From a bacterium (GTDB lineage Bacteria; RBG-13-66-14), in NCBI GenBank assembly GCA_035528375.1, contig DATKYS010000051.1:4503-68502 (forward strand): DNA of 64,000 bases. Reading direction: 5' to 3'. Positions within the stretch are counted from its first letter, which is position 1, and the number at the start of each line of letters is the position of its first letter. The notes beneath the pieces are model-generated. The model searched no databases. It saw only the letters and a program-made list of their open reading frames with translations, and was not told the DNA's origin. Below are positions 56,037 through 64,000 of the stretch, piece after piece. The position numbers were made by a program, and so were the translations under genes.

Positions 56037-56387
56037 TTAACTTTCATCTATCTCAATCAAGTTAACTGCTTCCTGTTTTAGTCTGGAGCTTATTATTTGA
56101 TTCATTAAATTGTAATCGTTTTTATCCATTTTTTTAACTTTAAGTCTATTTTTTACCTCACATAAAGGTAACGACATCACCAATAAGCCAAATGCTTCAT
56201 CAAGAAAAGAAACTGAAGCGATAATTAACCCTTCAAAGTCCAAAATAATAACTTCACCCTTAGGCCATCGGCCTATAATAGCTTCTCTAACTGCTTTCCC
56301 TGCATCACGCGTCGCAACCCACTGACCAGCAGTTATTTTCTTAATTGAAAAGATCATCCGAAATCTCCTCGAAAAGTGTTTGTTCAT
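56037..56387 (-). CDS. STAS-like (DUF4325-type) small protein, AT-rich island
   Basis: ...GEVIILDFEGLIIASVSFLDEAFGLL... is a STAS/anti-sigma-antagonist-like core. Low GC. Confidence 0.45.
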   Translation of the reverse strand: MNKHFSRRFRMIFSIKKITAGQWVATRDAGKAVREAIIGRWPKGEVIILDFEGLIIASVSFLDEAFGLLVMSLPLCEVKNRLKVKKMDKNDYNLMNQIISSRLKQEAVNLIEIDES

Positions 56388-57210
56388 CTGTATAGACTAG
56401 AGGGATAATTATATAAATAGTAACGCCTTTTACATAAGCAGTTAATTTTTTCACGATTCTACGTGTTTTCTTTTTTTGTTTTTCATATGTAACCATACCC
56501 AAACCAGACAAATAACTTACATTTCCATTAACGTTTAATATACCTACCTTAATATGTTGCAGTCCCATTCCCCCAACAGCCTGTTTTCTCGTTGTAACTT
56601 GTGTTTCTACTGCTGTTTTTATTGCTTCAATATCATTAGATAAATCTTTTTTTACTGTTAACAATGAATTTAAAAACCCTATACCATAGTCTGAAATTGA
56701 AATATGAATTTGTTTTTTCTTAGAGTAAATTTGACCACATACAACACACCCAAACGGTGATTCACTATGGTCTTTTACATTCGTTGTTAATTCATTCATA
56801 CATAATTGAGTTATAAATAATATATTATCATGCAAATAAGGAACTTGGTCCTTAATTATCTCTAAATATTCTAACACTTTCTGCTCATAGTGTTTACTAA
56901 TAGGAGTAAGTTCGAATGTAGTTCTATTCAACTTCCTTGTTGTAGCTTGACCATAAAATCCACTTGATTTTAAATATTCTCTAGTTCCTTGTGACCTTGG
57001 TTCAATTATATACAATCTTTTAAAATTCCTGAAATATTGTTTTATTGAATGATATAATAGAGATATTGCAAATGGTTTAATACTTAGTACATTACTAAAA
57101 TCCAGAGTTACTTCATCTTTGGTTTCTGATAATTCATTACATCTTTTTATCATTGCATCCACAAAATGAATACTTAAATGTGAATGAAACTTTATTGTTT
57201 TCATAATCAA
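56341..57210 (-). CDS. GHKL-superfamily ATPase (RsbW/SpoIIAB-like histidine-kinase-like ATPase), AT-rich island
   Basis: N-box LCMNELTTNVKDHS, G1 box ISDYGIGF and G2 GGMGL. Low GC. It overlaps the downstream STAS-like gene. Confidence 0.55.
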   Translation of the reverse strand: MIMKTIKFHSHLSIHFVDAMIKRCNELSETKDEVTLDFSNVLSIKPFAISLLYHSIKQYFRNFKRLYIIEPRSQGTREYLKSSGFYGQATTRKLNRTTFELTPISKHYEQKVLEYLEIIKDQVPYLHDNILFITQLCMNELTTNVKDHSESPFGCVVCGQIYSKKKQIHISISDYGIGFLNSLLTVKKDLSNDIEAIKTAVETQVTTRKQAVGGMGLQHIKVGILNVNGNVSYLSGLGMVTYEKQKKKTRRIVKKLTAYVKGVTIYIIIPLVYTDEQTLFEEISDDLFN

Positions 57211-57332
57211 ATTCCTTTTAAAAAGTGCTTTTTAGTAAAGTGTATACAAAACCCCACTGAAGACTTTCAGGCGAACCTGGAAGTTGGTCCAGTGGGGAGG
57301 AAGTACGGACGTAGTATAGACCGATTCATCGG

Positions 57333-57368
57333 GTTTGTCAAGTTTGTCGGGTTTGTCAGGTTTGTCAA
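57333..57368. repeat. Four tandem copies of a 9-bp unit GTTTGTC(A/G)(A/G)
   Basis: gtttgtcaa gtttgtcgg gtttgtcag gtttgtcaa lies at the right edge of the AT-rich island. Confidence 0.8.
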
Positions 57369-57406
57369 GGGAGGCAGGCAGTGGCCTCTTGTTGCCGCCT
57401 TCGGGG

Positions 57407-57426
57407 CAAGGGGCTTAAGCCCCTTG
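57407..57426. promoter_or_regulatory. Perfect 20-bp palindrome CAAGGGGCTTAAGCCCCTTG
   Basis: It is self-complementary. A near-identical palindrome is CAAGGGGTTTAAACCCCTTG at 63353..63372. Confidence 0.5.
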
Positions 57427-57445
57427 TATTACCGTCCGCAGGGTG

Positions 57446-59191
57446 TCAATCGTCTTCCAGAGTGGATAAATCCCCGACTTCCTCGCCCCACTCGAGGGCG
57501 CGGAGGTAGCGCCGCAGAATCTTCCCCGACCGCGTCTTCGGCAGCTTGTCCGTGAACTCGATTTCCTGGGGCATGGCCAGGGGCGAGAGCTTCTTGCGGA
57601 TGAAGTTCATTATCGAGAGCTCGAGGTCGCCCGTGGGCTCGTAACCCGGATTGAGGGTGACGAAGGCCTTGACGACCTCCATGTTGACCTCGTCGGGCTT
57701 GCCGACTGCGGCGGCCTCGGCCACGGCTTCGTGCTCGATGAGGGCGGATTCTATCTCGAAGGGCCCGACCAGGTGACCGCCGGTGTTTATCACGTCGTCG
57801 TCGCGGCCCACGAACCAGTAGTACCCCTCGGGGTCTATGGAGGCCCGGTCGCCGGAGACGTACCACAAACTTTTATCCTGCCGCAGGTCGTCGGGGTCGC
57901 GGTCGTCCACGTCGCCGACGAACTTCGAGCGGTACACGTCGGGCTTCGCGTGGTAGGCGCGGAACATGGCGGGCCAGCCGGGGCGGAAGGCGATGAGCCC
58001 CACCCGGCCCGGCTCGGTCACCGGCTCGTGGGTCTTCAAATCCAGCACGGTGGCCTCGATGCCGGGGAAGGGCTTGCCCATGGATCCCGGCTTGATGGGC
58101 ATTCCGGGGTAGTTGGAGATCATTATGGAGCCGGTCTCGGTCTGCCAGAAGGAGTCGTGGAAGGGCAGCCCGAAAGCCTCCTGGCTCCAGATGACGGCCT
58201 CGGCGTTCAGCGGCTCGCCCACGCTGACCAGGTGCCGCAGGCAGGAGAGGTCGTACTTTTTCACCGTTTCCGTGCCCTGGCGCATGAGGGAGCGGATGGC
58301 GGTGGGGGCGGAGTACCACACGGTGATCCGGTTGTCCTGGATGAACTTGTACCAGCGGTCGGCGCTGAAGCCCTCGTCGAGGACGCACTGGGTTATCCCC
58401 ATGCTCCAGGGGCCGATGATGCCGTAGCTGGTGCCGGTGACCCAGCCGGGATCGGCGGTGCACCAGTAGACGTCGTCGTCGGTCAGGTCCAGAACCCACT
58501 TGGTGGTGATGTACTGGGCCCAGATGGAGGCGTGGACGTGCTGGGCGCCCTTGGGCTGCCCCGTGGTGCCCGAGGTGTAGTGGAGGACCGAGGGGGTCTC
58601 GGGGCCGGAGGGGAATACGTCGAAGCGTTCGAGGCGCGGGGCGGCCTCCACGTCGAAGAAAATCTCGCCGGGCTTGAGCTTGGCCTCCTCGCCGTCCACG
58701 ACGATGACCTTCTCCAGGGCCGGGAGGGAATCCCGGATTTTGCGGACCTTGCGCACGTGCTTTTGGGTGGTGAGGATGGCGCGGGTTCCGGCACTTTCCA
58801 GGCGGACATGGAGGGAGTCGTCGCCGAAGGCGGAGAAGAGCGGCTGCGCGATGCCGCCCATTTTCAAGACGCCCAGGAAGGAGAAGTAGAGGCTCGGAAT
58901 CTTGTCCATGAAGATGCAGATGCGGTCGCCGGGCGCCAGGCCCTGGCCGGCGAGGAATTTGGCGAAGGCGTTGGAGTGGGCCCGCAGGTCCGCGAAGGTG
59001 TAGGCGGCCCGCCTGCCGCCGAAGCCCTCCCACACCAGGGCGGTATTAGCGCCAAGGCCGCGGTCGCAGACCCGGTCGGAGCAGACGGCGCCGATGTTCA
59101 GGGGCTCGCCCTCGGTCCAGCCCAGCTCCCGCCGGGCGATGTCCCAGGAAAAACCTTTCAGCCTCTCGTCGTAGGAGCCGATGTTACTCAT
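57446..59191 (-). CDS. AMP-forming acyl-CoA synthetase of the acetyl/propionyl-CoA synthetase family
   Basis: AMP-binding motifs YTSGTTGQPKG and FWQTETG, hinge ...GDRASIDPEGYYWFVGRDDDVIN, and the C-terminal KTRSGKILRR. Confidence 0.85.
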   Translation of the reverse strand: MSNIGSYDERLKGFSWDIARRELGWTEGEPLNIGAVCSDRVCDRGLGANTALVWEGFGGRRAAYTFADLRAHSNAFAKFLAGQGLAPGDRICIFMDKIPSLYFSFLGVLKMGGIAQPLFSAFGDDSLHVRLESAGTRAILTTQKHVRKVRKIRDSLPALEKVIVVDGEEAKLKPGEIFFDVEAAPRLERFDVFPSGPETPSVLHYTSGTTGQPKGAQHVHASIWAQYITTKWVLDLTDDDVYWCTADPGWVTGTSYGIIGPWSMGITQCVLDEGFSADRWYKFIQDNRITVWYSAPTAIRSLMRQGTETVKKYDLSCLRHLVSVGEPLNAEAVIWSQEAFGLPFHDSFWQTETGSIMISNYPGMPIKPGSMGKPFPGIEATVLDLKTHEPVTEPGRVGLIAFRPGWPAMFRAYHAKPDVYRSKFVGDVDDRDPDDLRQDKSLWYVSGDRASIDPEGYYWFVGRDDDVINTGGHLVGPFEIESALIEHEAVAEAAAVGKPDEVNMEVVKAFVTLNPGYEPTGDLELSIMNFIRKKLSPLAMPQEIEFTDKLPKTRSGKILRRYLRALEWGEEVGDLSTLEDD

Positions 59192-59222
59192 CGAGGTGTC
59201 CCTCCTTGGGGCGGCTCGAGTA

Positions 59223-59606
59223 TCAATCCCTGCTCTCCAGCACGACCACGGCGGCGGCGGAATGGCGGTTGTGGGTCAGGGTGAGATGAATTTTCGTAAT
59301 CCGCAGAGACCGGACCATCTCGGTGGCCCGACCGCTGAAGAGGAGGGAGACCGCGCCCGACGGCTCCCGCACCACCTCGACCATCTTCCAGCGCATGCCC
59401 TGGGCCAGCCCGGCGCCGAGGGCCTTGAAGGCCGCCTCCTTGGCGGCGAAACGCGCGGCGAAGTGCTCCCAGTACCGCGCTTGGGAGCGGCAGTACTTCA
59501 CCTCGGCCGGGGTGAAGACCTCCTCGGTGAATTCGAGGCCCCCCTCGTGGTGACCGCGCCGGAAGCGCTCCACCTCGACCAGGTCTACGCCTATGCCCTT
59601 GATCAT
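59223..59606 (-). CDS. acpS: Holo-[acyl-carrier-protein] synthase (4'-phosphopantetheinyl transferase)
   Basis: MIKGIGVDLVEVERFRR... with ...AAKEAAFKALG.... Confidence 0.8.
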   Translation of the reverse strand: MIKGIGVDLVEVERFRRGHHEGGLEFTEEVFTPAEVKYCRSQARYWEHFAARFAAKEAAFKALGAGLAQGMRWKMVEVVREPSGAVSLLFSGRATEMVRSLRITKIHLTLTHNRHSAAAVVVLESRD

Positions 59607-59699
59607 TATTATCCGGGATTGGAATGTTGCCGGGGAACTATCTTACCGACTGCGCCGCCCCTTGTCCAGTTCCTTCCGCGAGGGGAAGTTGCGTATATG

Positions 59700-59930
59700 G
59701 CAACGTAGGGCGGGGAATCCGTTCCCCGCCGCTTTTATTCCTCACCCGACTTGCGATGGTGTAGGGGCCGACCATTATGTCGGCCCGCCCCACACCCTAG
59801 CCCGTAAGCGCGCTTCCCCCAAGAGGGGGGAGGGGACACACGGGCCGACCTAAACGGCGCGCCGTCTGTCGGCCCCTACGTTTGGCAATCGTGGAAACGG
59901 GCGGCCGCGGCCGTCCCCCCCGAGGCGCCG
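59700..59930. repeat. REP-like palindromic element cluster
   Basis: gtagggcggggaatccgttccccgcc, gtaggggccgaccattatgtcggcccg, cccccaagaggggggagggga and gccgacctaaacggcgcgccgtctgtcggcccctac. Confidence 0.8.
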
Positions 59931-59934
59931 CCGA

Positions 59935-60765
59935 TCAGTCCTCCCGGAGCTCCGGCGGGACCGGCAGCCCCTCGCGGATGTAGTCCTTGGCCTCGGGCTC
60001 GTAGTCCAGCATGTAGGAGTAGTCCTTGCCGCTGAAGTCGCTGATGACGAGGATGGCCACGCGGCGGACCTCGATATCGGGGCTCTGGAGGTAATCATCC
60101 AGGAAGTTGACGCCGAACTGGCCGCCGGCTGAGAAGATGACCGGGGCGTAGGACATGGCGCCGGGCCGGCGCTCGCGGATGGCGGAGACGAGCGCGGCGT
60201 ACGCCTCCTCCCCGGCGCCCTGGAGACCGAGCACGGACAGCATGGCGGGCTGACCCTTGAGGGACAACGCCCGCACCAGGCCATCCACGTGGACCTCGCC
60301 CTCCAGGTCGAAGAGGACGCAGGCCGCCGACGCGGACTCGCCGTCACCGCTCCGGGCGCAATCCCGCAACTCTTCGCGTATAACGTCCAGACCCAGGTAC
60401 ATGGCGACCAGCAGACGCTCCCGGGCCTCGTCGTCCACCACCCAGCGGTAGAAAGCCAGGAGCAGGTCGAGGTTCCCCGGCAGCCCCTCGGCGAGCGCCA
60501 GGATGGGAAGCCCGTCGGCGGAAACCCGCAGCAGGGCTTCCACCCCGATTTCCTGGTCGGCGAAGCGGCTGAGGCGGTCGAGCCTCGCGCCGGCGGAGAG
60601 GGTGATGTCATCGGCGATGCGCTCCAGACCGGCGACCAGCTCGATCAGACCGACCTCCTCGACCCGCCCCGCCCAGTCGGGACTGTCGGGCTCGACGGCC
60701 AGCTCTTCAACCGTCACCGCCGCCGCCGCCAGGGGGAGCAGGAGTATTACGAGCGGGTACTTCAT
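59935..60765 (-). CDS. Secreted hypothetical protein
   Basis: Signal peptide MKYPLVILLLPLAAAAVTV. The start is set at this Met and the upstream extension is rejected. Confidence 0.5.
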   Translation of the reverse strand: MKYPLVILLLPLAAAAVTVEELAVEPDSPDWAGRVEEVGLIELVAGLERIADDITLSAGARLDRLSRFADQEIGVEALLRVSADGLPILALAEGLPGNLDLLLAFYRWVVDDEARERLLVAMYLGLDVIREELRDCARSGDGESASAACVLFDLEGEVHVDGLVRALSLKGQPAMLSVLGLQGAGEEAYAALVSAIRERRPGAMSYAPVIFSAGGQFGVNFLDDYLQSPDIEVRRVAILVISDFSGKDYSYMLDYEPEAKDYIREGLPVPPELRED

Positions 60766-61023
60766 CAATCCCTCTCCTTCCAGAGTGTGACCTTCCAGAC
60801 GCCGTCGAAGCGCATCATGCAGAAAAAGCACAGGGTCGGTTCCCCCCAGTCGCCCGCGTCGTCGGTGTATAAAAGTTCGGCCTCGCAGATGACGACTCCG
60901 CCGCCGCGGAGGTCGCCAGCAGGGCGCCGCAGAGGGCCACCTTCAATAAAACCGAATCCCGCATACACTTTTCCGCCGCATTCCGGGGGGATTCAACCGA
61001 CAGACCCCCTCCGGTCGCCCCCG

Positions 61024-63033
61024 TTAAAGCTCGAAAAGCACGACGGCCAGCCCGGTTTCCAGGACCTCATCGGCGGCGAAGGGCACGTCCACGTAGAGCG
61101 AGACGTCCAGGTCGGCGACGCGGAAGTGGAAACCGGGGACCAGGGAGAAGGCGTTGTAGGGCGACACGCCGTACTGGCCCTCCACGGAGAGGGAGAGCCA
61201 GTCGGTGGCGGCCCAGACGAGTCCGATGCCGCCTTCGAAGCCGCCCCCCGCCGCGAAGTCGTAGCCCAGATTACCCAGAACCCCGCCCTTGAGGAAATCG
61301 TACTGGAGGGCCAGACCGGCGGTCAGGGCCGCGCGGCCGTCGGGGGTCCCGGGGCCCAGGTCCACCGGCGGGCGGTAGTTCGCGACCTCGTCCCGCTCGG
61401 GATAGGTCGGTCCGGTGGGCAGGGCGGCGCGGGCGTAGAGGGCGTAGGCGAAATCGCCGGGCGCGGGGGGCGAGAGCTTCCCCTCCAGCGCCAGGTCGCC
61501 CATCCCGCCAAAAGTCTCGCCGCCGGAGAAAATCTGGTTCACGTAGGGCGCCTTGAGGGAGAGCTCCCCCCAGCCGCCGAGGCCGAGGGAGACGGCCAGC
61601 CAGGGCTGCACCGCCCGCTCCAGGGGTGTGTACTCCGGAACGGTGGAGCCGACCAGCCAGTCGTAGTAGTCCGCGCCGAGGGCGACGCGCATGGACCAGG
61701 GCTCCAGGCCGCGCGGCGAGACGAGGGCGTTCAGGCCGGTGCCCCCCGTGGGCCCCACCAGGCCCACCGGCAGGTCGGGGATGTGGAACACGAGGCGGTA
61801 CTCCCGGGAGTTGCCCGCCGCGTCGCGGACGATCAGGGGCACCGAGCCGTCGTAGGCGCCCGTGGGCACGGTGGCCTCGAAGCCGCCGTCGCCGGAGAGG
61901 GGGACCGGCCCGGCGCCGACGACGAGGTTGGCCGCGTCCGTGGTCCGGCCCCACAGGGTGAGGGTGCGTCCGCCGCCGCCCAGCCGCCAGCCCTGAATCT
62001 CCAGGTCCGGCGGAGTGTCGTCAACGACCACCTCGAAGGAGCGCGCCGGGGAGAACTCGCCCGCCAGGCCGTTGTCGTCCAGGGCGGCCGCGCGCCAGTA
62101 GTACGTGCCGGGGACCAGCTCCAGGCGGAGGGCCTCGCCGGCGGCCGACTCGCGCTCCTCGTAGAGTCGCGTGCAGGCCGGATCGGCGGCGAGCTGGAAG
62201 TAAACGCGGATCGCCCCCGCGGGGGCCTCCCACTCGAACACCACGCCCCGCCGGGCGTCGGCGGCGAAGACCAGGGACGCGCCGTCCCCGGGCCGAAGCA
62301 GGGATGGTTCGGCGGGGAGGGCCACCCGGGTGACGCCGTGCTCGCGGACGACCGCGCCCTCGCCGGGGCCCAGCTCGAAAGGCTCCCCGGCGGGCTCGCC
62401 CGCGAGCCGCGGCTCTACCAGCACCCGCCCGCGGAAAACGGCTATCTGGGTCACGCCCGGGTCGGGCGACGCGACCTCGAAATCCGTCCCGCGGACGATG
62501 GCCACCGCCGTGGGTCCGCCGATGCGGAACTCCTCGCCGTCGCCCAGGATCGCGTCCAGCACCGCCCGGACCCGCCCGTAGAGGAGCTCCAACAGGGTCG
62601 AGCTCGCGTCCGCGCTCCGGACGGACCCCTCGAGGCGCAGGCCCGTCGAGGGGGCCAGGATGACCCGGGCGCCGCCCACCGATAGCTCCGCGGTGGAGAG
62701 CTCCCCCGTGCGCGCAGTGTCGCCGGGGGCCACGGCTGTGTCGGGGTGGAGCGGCTCGAAACCGCCGTGCTCACGGCCGACTACGACGTGACCGTCGCCC
62801 GCCACCAGCTCCGCCCACCCCACCTCGGGACCGGGGAGCGTCAGCCGCTCGCCGGCCTGGGGGTCGCGACCGGCCAGGTCCTCGTTCACCGTCAACAAGA
62901 GGCGCCAGAGACCGGCCTGCCCCATGGCGCGCTCCGCCAGCGCCTCCAGGGTCTCCCCGGGGCGCAGGACCGCTTCCTCGGCGAAGGCCGCGGTCAACAG
63001 GCAGAGCGCCAGCGCTGGTATGAGAAAACGCAT
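61024..63033 (-). CDS. Secreted protein with FecR-like domain and Ig-like repeats, possible outer-membrane-associated C-region
   Basis: Signal peptide MRFLIPALALCLLTAAFAEE. FecR-like segment ...IAVFRGRVLVEP.... C-terminal alternating hydrophobic strands end ...GLAVVLFEL. Confidence 0.5.
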   Translation of the reverse strand: MRFLIPALALCLLTAAFAEEAVLRPGETLEALAERAMGQAGLWRLLLTVNEDLAGRDPQAGERLTLPGPEVGWAELVAGDGHVVVGREHGGFEPLHPDTAVAPGDTARTGELSTAELSVGGARVILAPSTGLRLEGSVRSADASSTLLELLYGRVRAVLDAILGDGEEFRIGGPTAVAIVRGTDFEVASPDPGVTQIAVFRGRVLVEPRLAGEPAGEPFELGPGEGAVVREHGVTRVALPAEPSLLRPGDGASLVFAADARRGVVFEWEAPAGAIRVYFQLAADPACTRLYEERESAAGEALRLELVPGTYYWRAAALDDNGLAGEFSPARSFEVVVDDTPPDLEIQGWRLGGGGRTLTLWGRTTDAANLVVGAGPVPLSGDGGFEATVPTGAYDGSVPLIVRDAAGNSREYRLVFHIPDLPVGLVGPTGGTGLNALVSPRGLEPWSMRVALGADYYDWLVGSTVPEYTPLERAVQPWLAVSLGLGGWGELSLKAPYVNQIFSGGETFGGMGDLALEGKLSPPAPGDFAYALYARAALPTGPTYPERDEVANYRPPVDLGPGTPDGRAALTAGLALQYDFLKGGVLGNLGYDFAAGGGFEGGIGLVWAATDWLSLSVEGQYGVSPYNAFSLVPGFHFRVADLDVSLYVDVPFAADEVLETGLAVVLFEL

Positions 63034-63352
63034 CGTGCAGAAATAAACCTCACACAGGATTATAGCAACATTCGTTCCACGGTCAAGGTCGGGTCGGAGA
63101 ACCCCCGTCCCCCCGGAGCGACGGACGGGTCCCGATCCGCGCCGAAGGCCCCTTTGGCCCCCAGCCACCAGAAGAACTCAGGAACCGGCCGAAAGTTTCC
63201 CGCGTAGGGGTAGGCAATCATCCGGCACATTTTTCGTGGGGGTTCGACCCCCCGGGGGGGATTTCCCCCCCCGCCTTGACTCCGACGAACTTTTCATCTA
63301 TTATTGGATGATTAAAACCGGCTCTCCACCGCTCCCAATAAAAAAAATGGAG

Positions 63353-63372
63353 ACAAGGGGTTTAAACCCCTT
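63353..63372. promoter_or_regulatory. Perfect 20-bp palindrome CAAGGGGTTTAAACCCCTTG 11 nt upstream of uvrA start; candidate operator
   Basis: It is self-complementary and sits immediately 5' of the ATG at 63384, after an A8 run. Confidence 0.45.
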
Positions 63373-63383
63373 GCCACTACCAC

Positions 63384-64000
63384 ATGGAAGACATCACCAT
63401 CCGCGGGGCCCGCGAGCACAACCTCAAGAACATAGACCTCGTCATCCCCCGGGGCCGCCTGGTGGTATTCACCGGCGTCTCCGGTTCCGGGAAGAGCTCC
63501 CTGGCCTTCGACACGCTCTACGCCGAGGGCCAGCGGCGATACGTCGAGAGCCTCTCCAGCTACGCCCGCCAGTTCCTGGGGCAGATGGAGAAGCCCAAGG
63601 TGGACCAGATAACCGGTCTCTCGCCGGCCATCAGCATCCAGCAGAAGGCCGCCAGCCGCAACCCCCGCTCCACCGTGGGCACCATCACCGAGATCTACGA
63701 CTACCTCCGCGTCCTCTACGCCCGGGTGGGCAAGCCCCACTGTCCCTCCTGCGGCCGGCCCATCGGCTCCCAGAGCGCCGAGCAGATCGTCGAGGAGGTG
63801 ATGAAGCTCCCCGCCGGGACCCGCTTCATGGTCAACGCCCCGGTGGTGAAGAACCGGAAGGGCGAGTTCAAGAACCTCCTGGAGAGCCTGCGCCAGCAGG
63901 GGTTCGTCCGGGCGGTCATAGACGGTCGGATGGAGGAGCTGACCGAGATTGCCGGTCTGGACCGCAAGCGGCCCCACGATGTGGAAGTCATCGTGGACCG
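63384..64000 (+). CDS. uvrA: Excinuclease ABC subunit A, N-terminal part (continues beyond window)
   Basis: [71 protein letters not shown]... with zinc finger CPSCGRPI. Confidence 0.9.
   Translation, partial: MEDITIRGAREHNLKNIDLVIPRGRLVVFTGVSGSGKSSLAFDTLYAEGQRRYVESLSSYARQFLGQMEKPKVDQITGLSPAISIQQKAASRNPRSTVGTITEIYDYLRVLYARVGKPHCPSCGRPIGSQSAEQIVEEVMKLPAGTRFMVNAPVVKNRKGEFKNLLESLRQQGFVRAVIDGRMEELTEIAGLDRKRPHDVEVIVD

Noticed and set aside
4470-59930. Possible CRISPR arrays at the palindromic repeat clusters
   Set aside because: The repeats are heterogeneous inverted repeats of several families at irregular spacing, not a single direct repeat with uniform spacers. They are REP/BIME-like, not CRISPR.
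60765-60968. 67-aa ORF upstream of the secreted hypothetical
   Set aside because: It has no RBS or motif and overlaps the signal-peptide start region. It is probably spurious.

Overview
This is a high-GC bacterial chromosomal segment with visibly more than 65% G+C. It is very gene-dense and mostly syntenic housekeeping and envelope DNA. One protein carries a T9SS-type C-terminal sorting domain, which suggests an uncultured FCB-superphylum-like lineage (Bacteroidota, Gemmatimonadota or related candidate phyla). Secure calls are hutH, a flavodiiron protein, lpxK/lpxL, ptsN, feoAB, gpsA, queH, kbl, acpS, an acetyl-CoA-synthetase-like ligase, rpmE, divIVA/yggU, hicBA and the 5' end of uvrA. I see three things worth following up. 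(1) Nearly every larger intergenic gap is filled with clusters of short palindromic REP-like elements that begin GTAG and end CTAC. There are at least 14 clusters and several sequence families. (2) Four small, conspicuously AT-rich islands of one or two genes are inserted into high-GC operons. Each carries a defense- or addiction-type gene: a PD-(D/E)xK nuclease, a HEPN protein with an unknown partner, an XRE/ImmA pair, and a GHKL-ATPase with a STAS-like protein. (3) Five secreted proteins share an identical short C-terminal tail, SWG[EA][IV]KA[AES]F. The proteins are three tandem DNRLRE-like paralogs and two further tandem paralogs. The tail looks like an undescribed sorting or recognition tag and coexists with a classical T9SS C-terminal domain on a separate protease. 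Separately, an Nqr-type Na+-NADH:quinone oxidoreductase cluster is atypical: no nqrA, order B-C-D-F-E, and five non-Nqr genes interleaved in one tightly coupled minus-strand operon. No tRNA, rRNA or CRISPR array was recognised.
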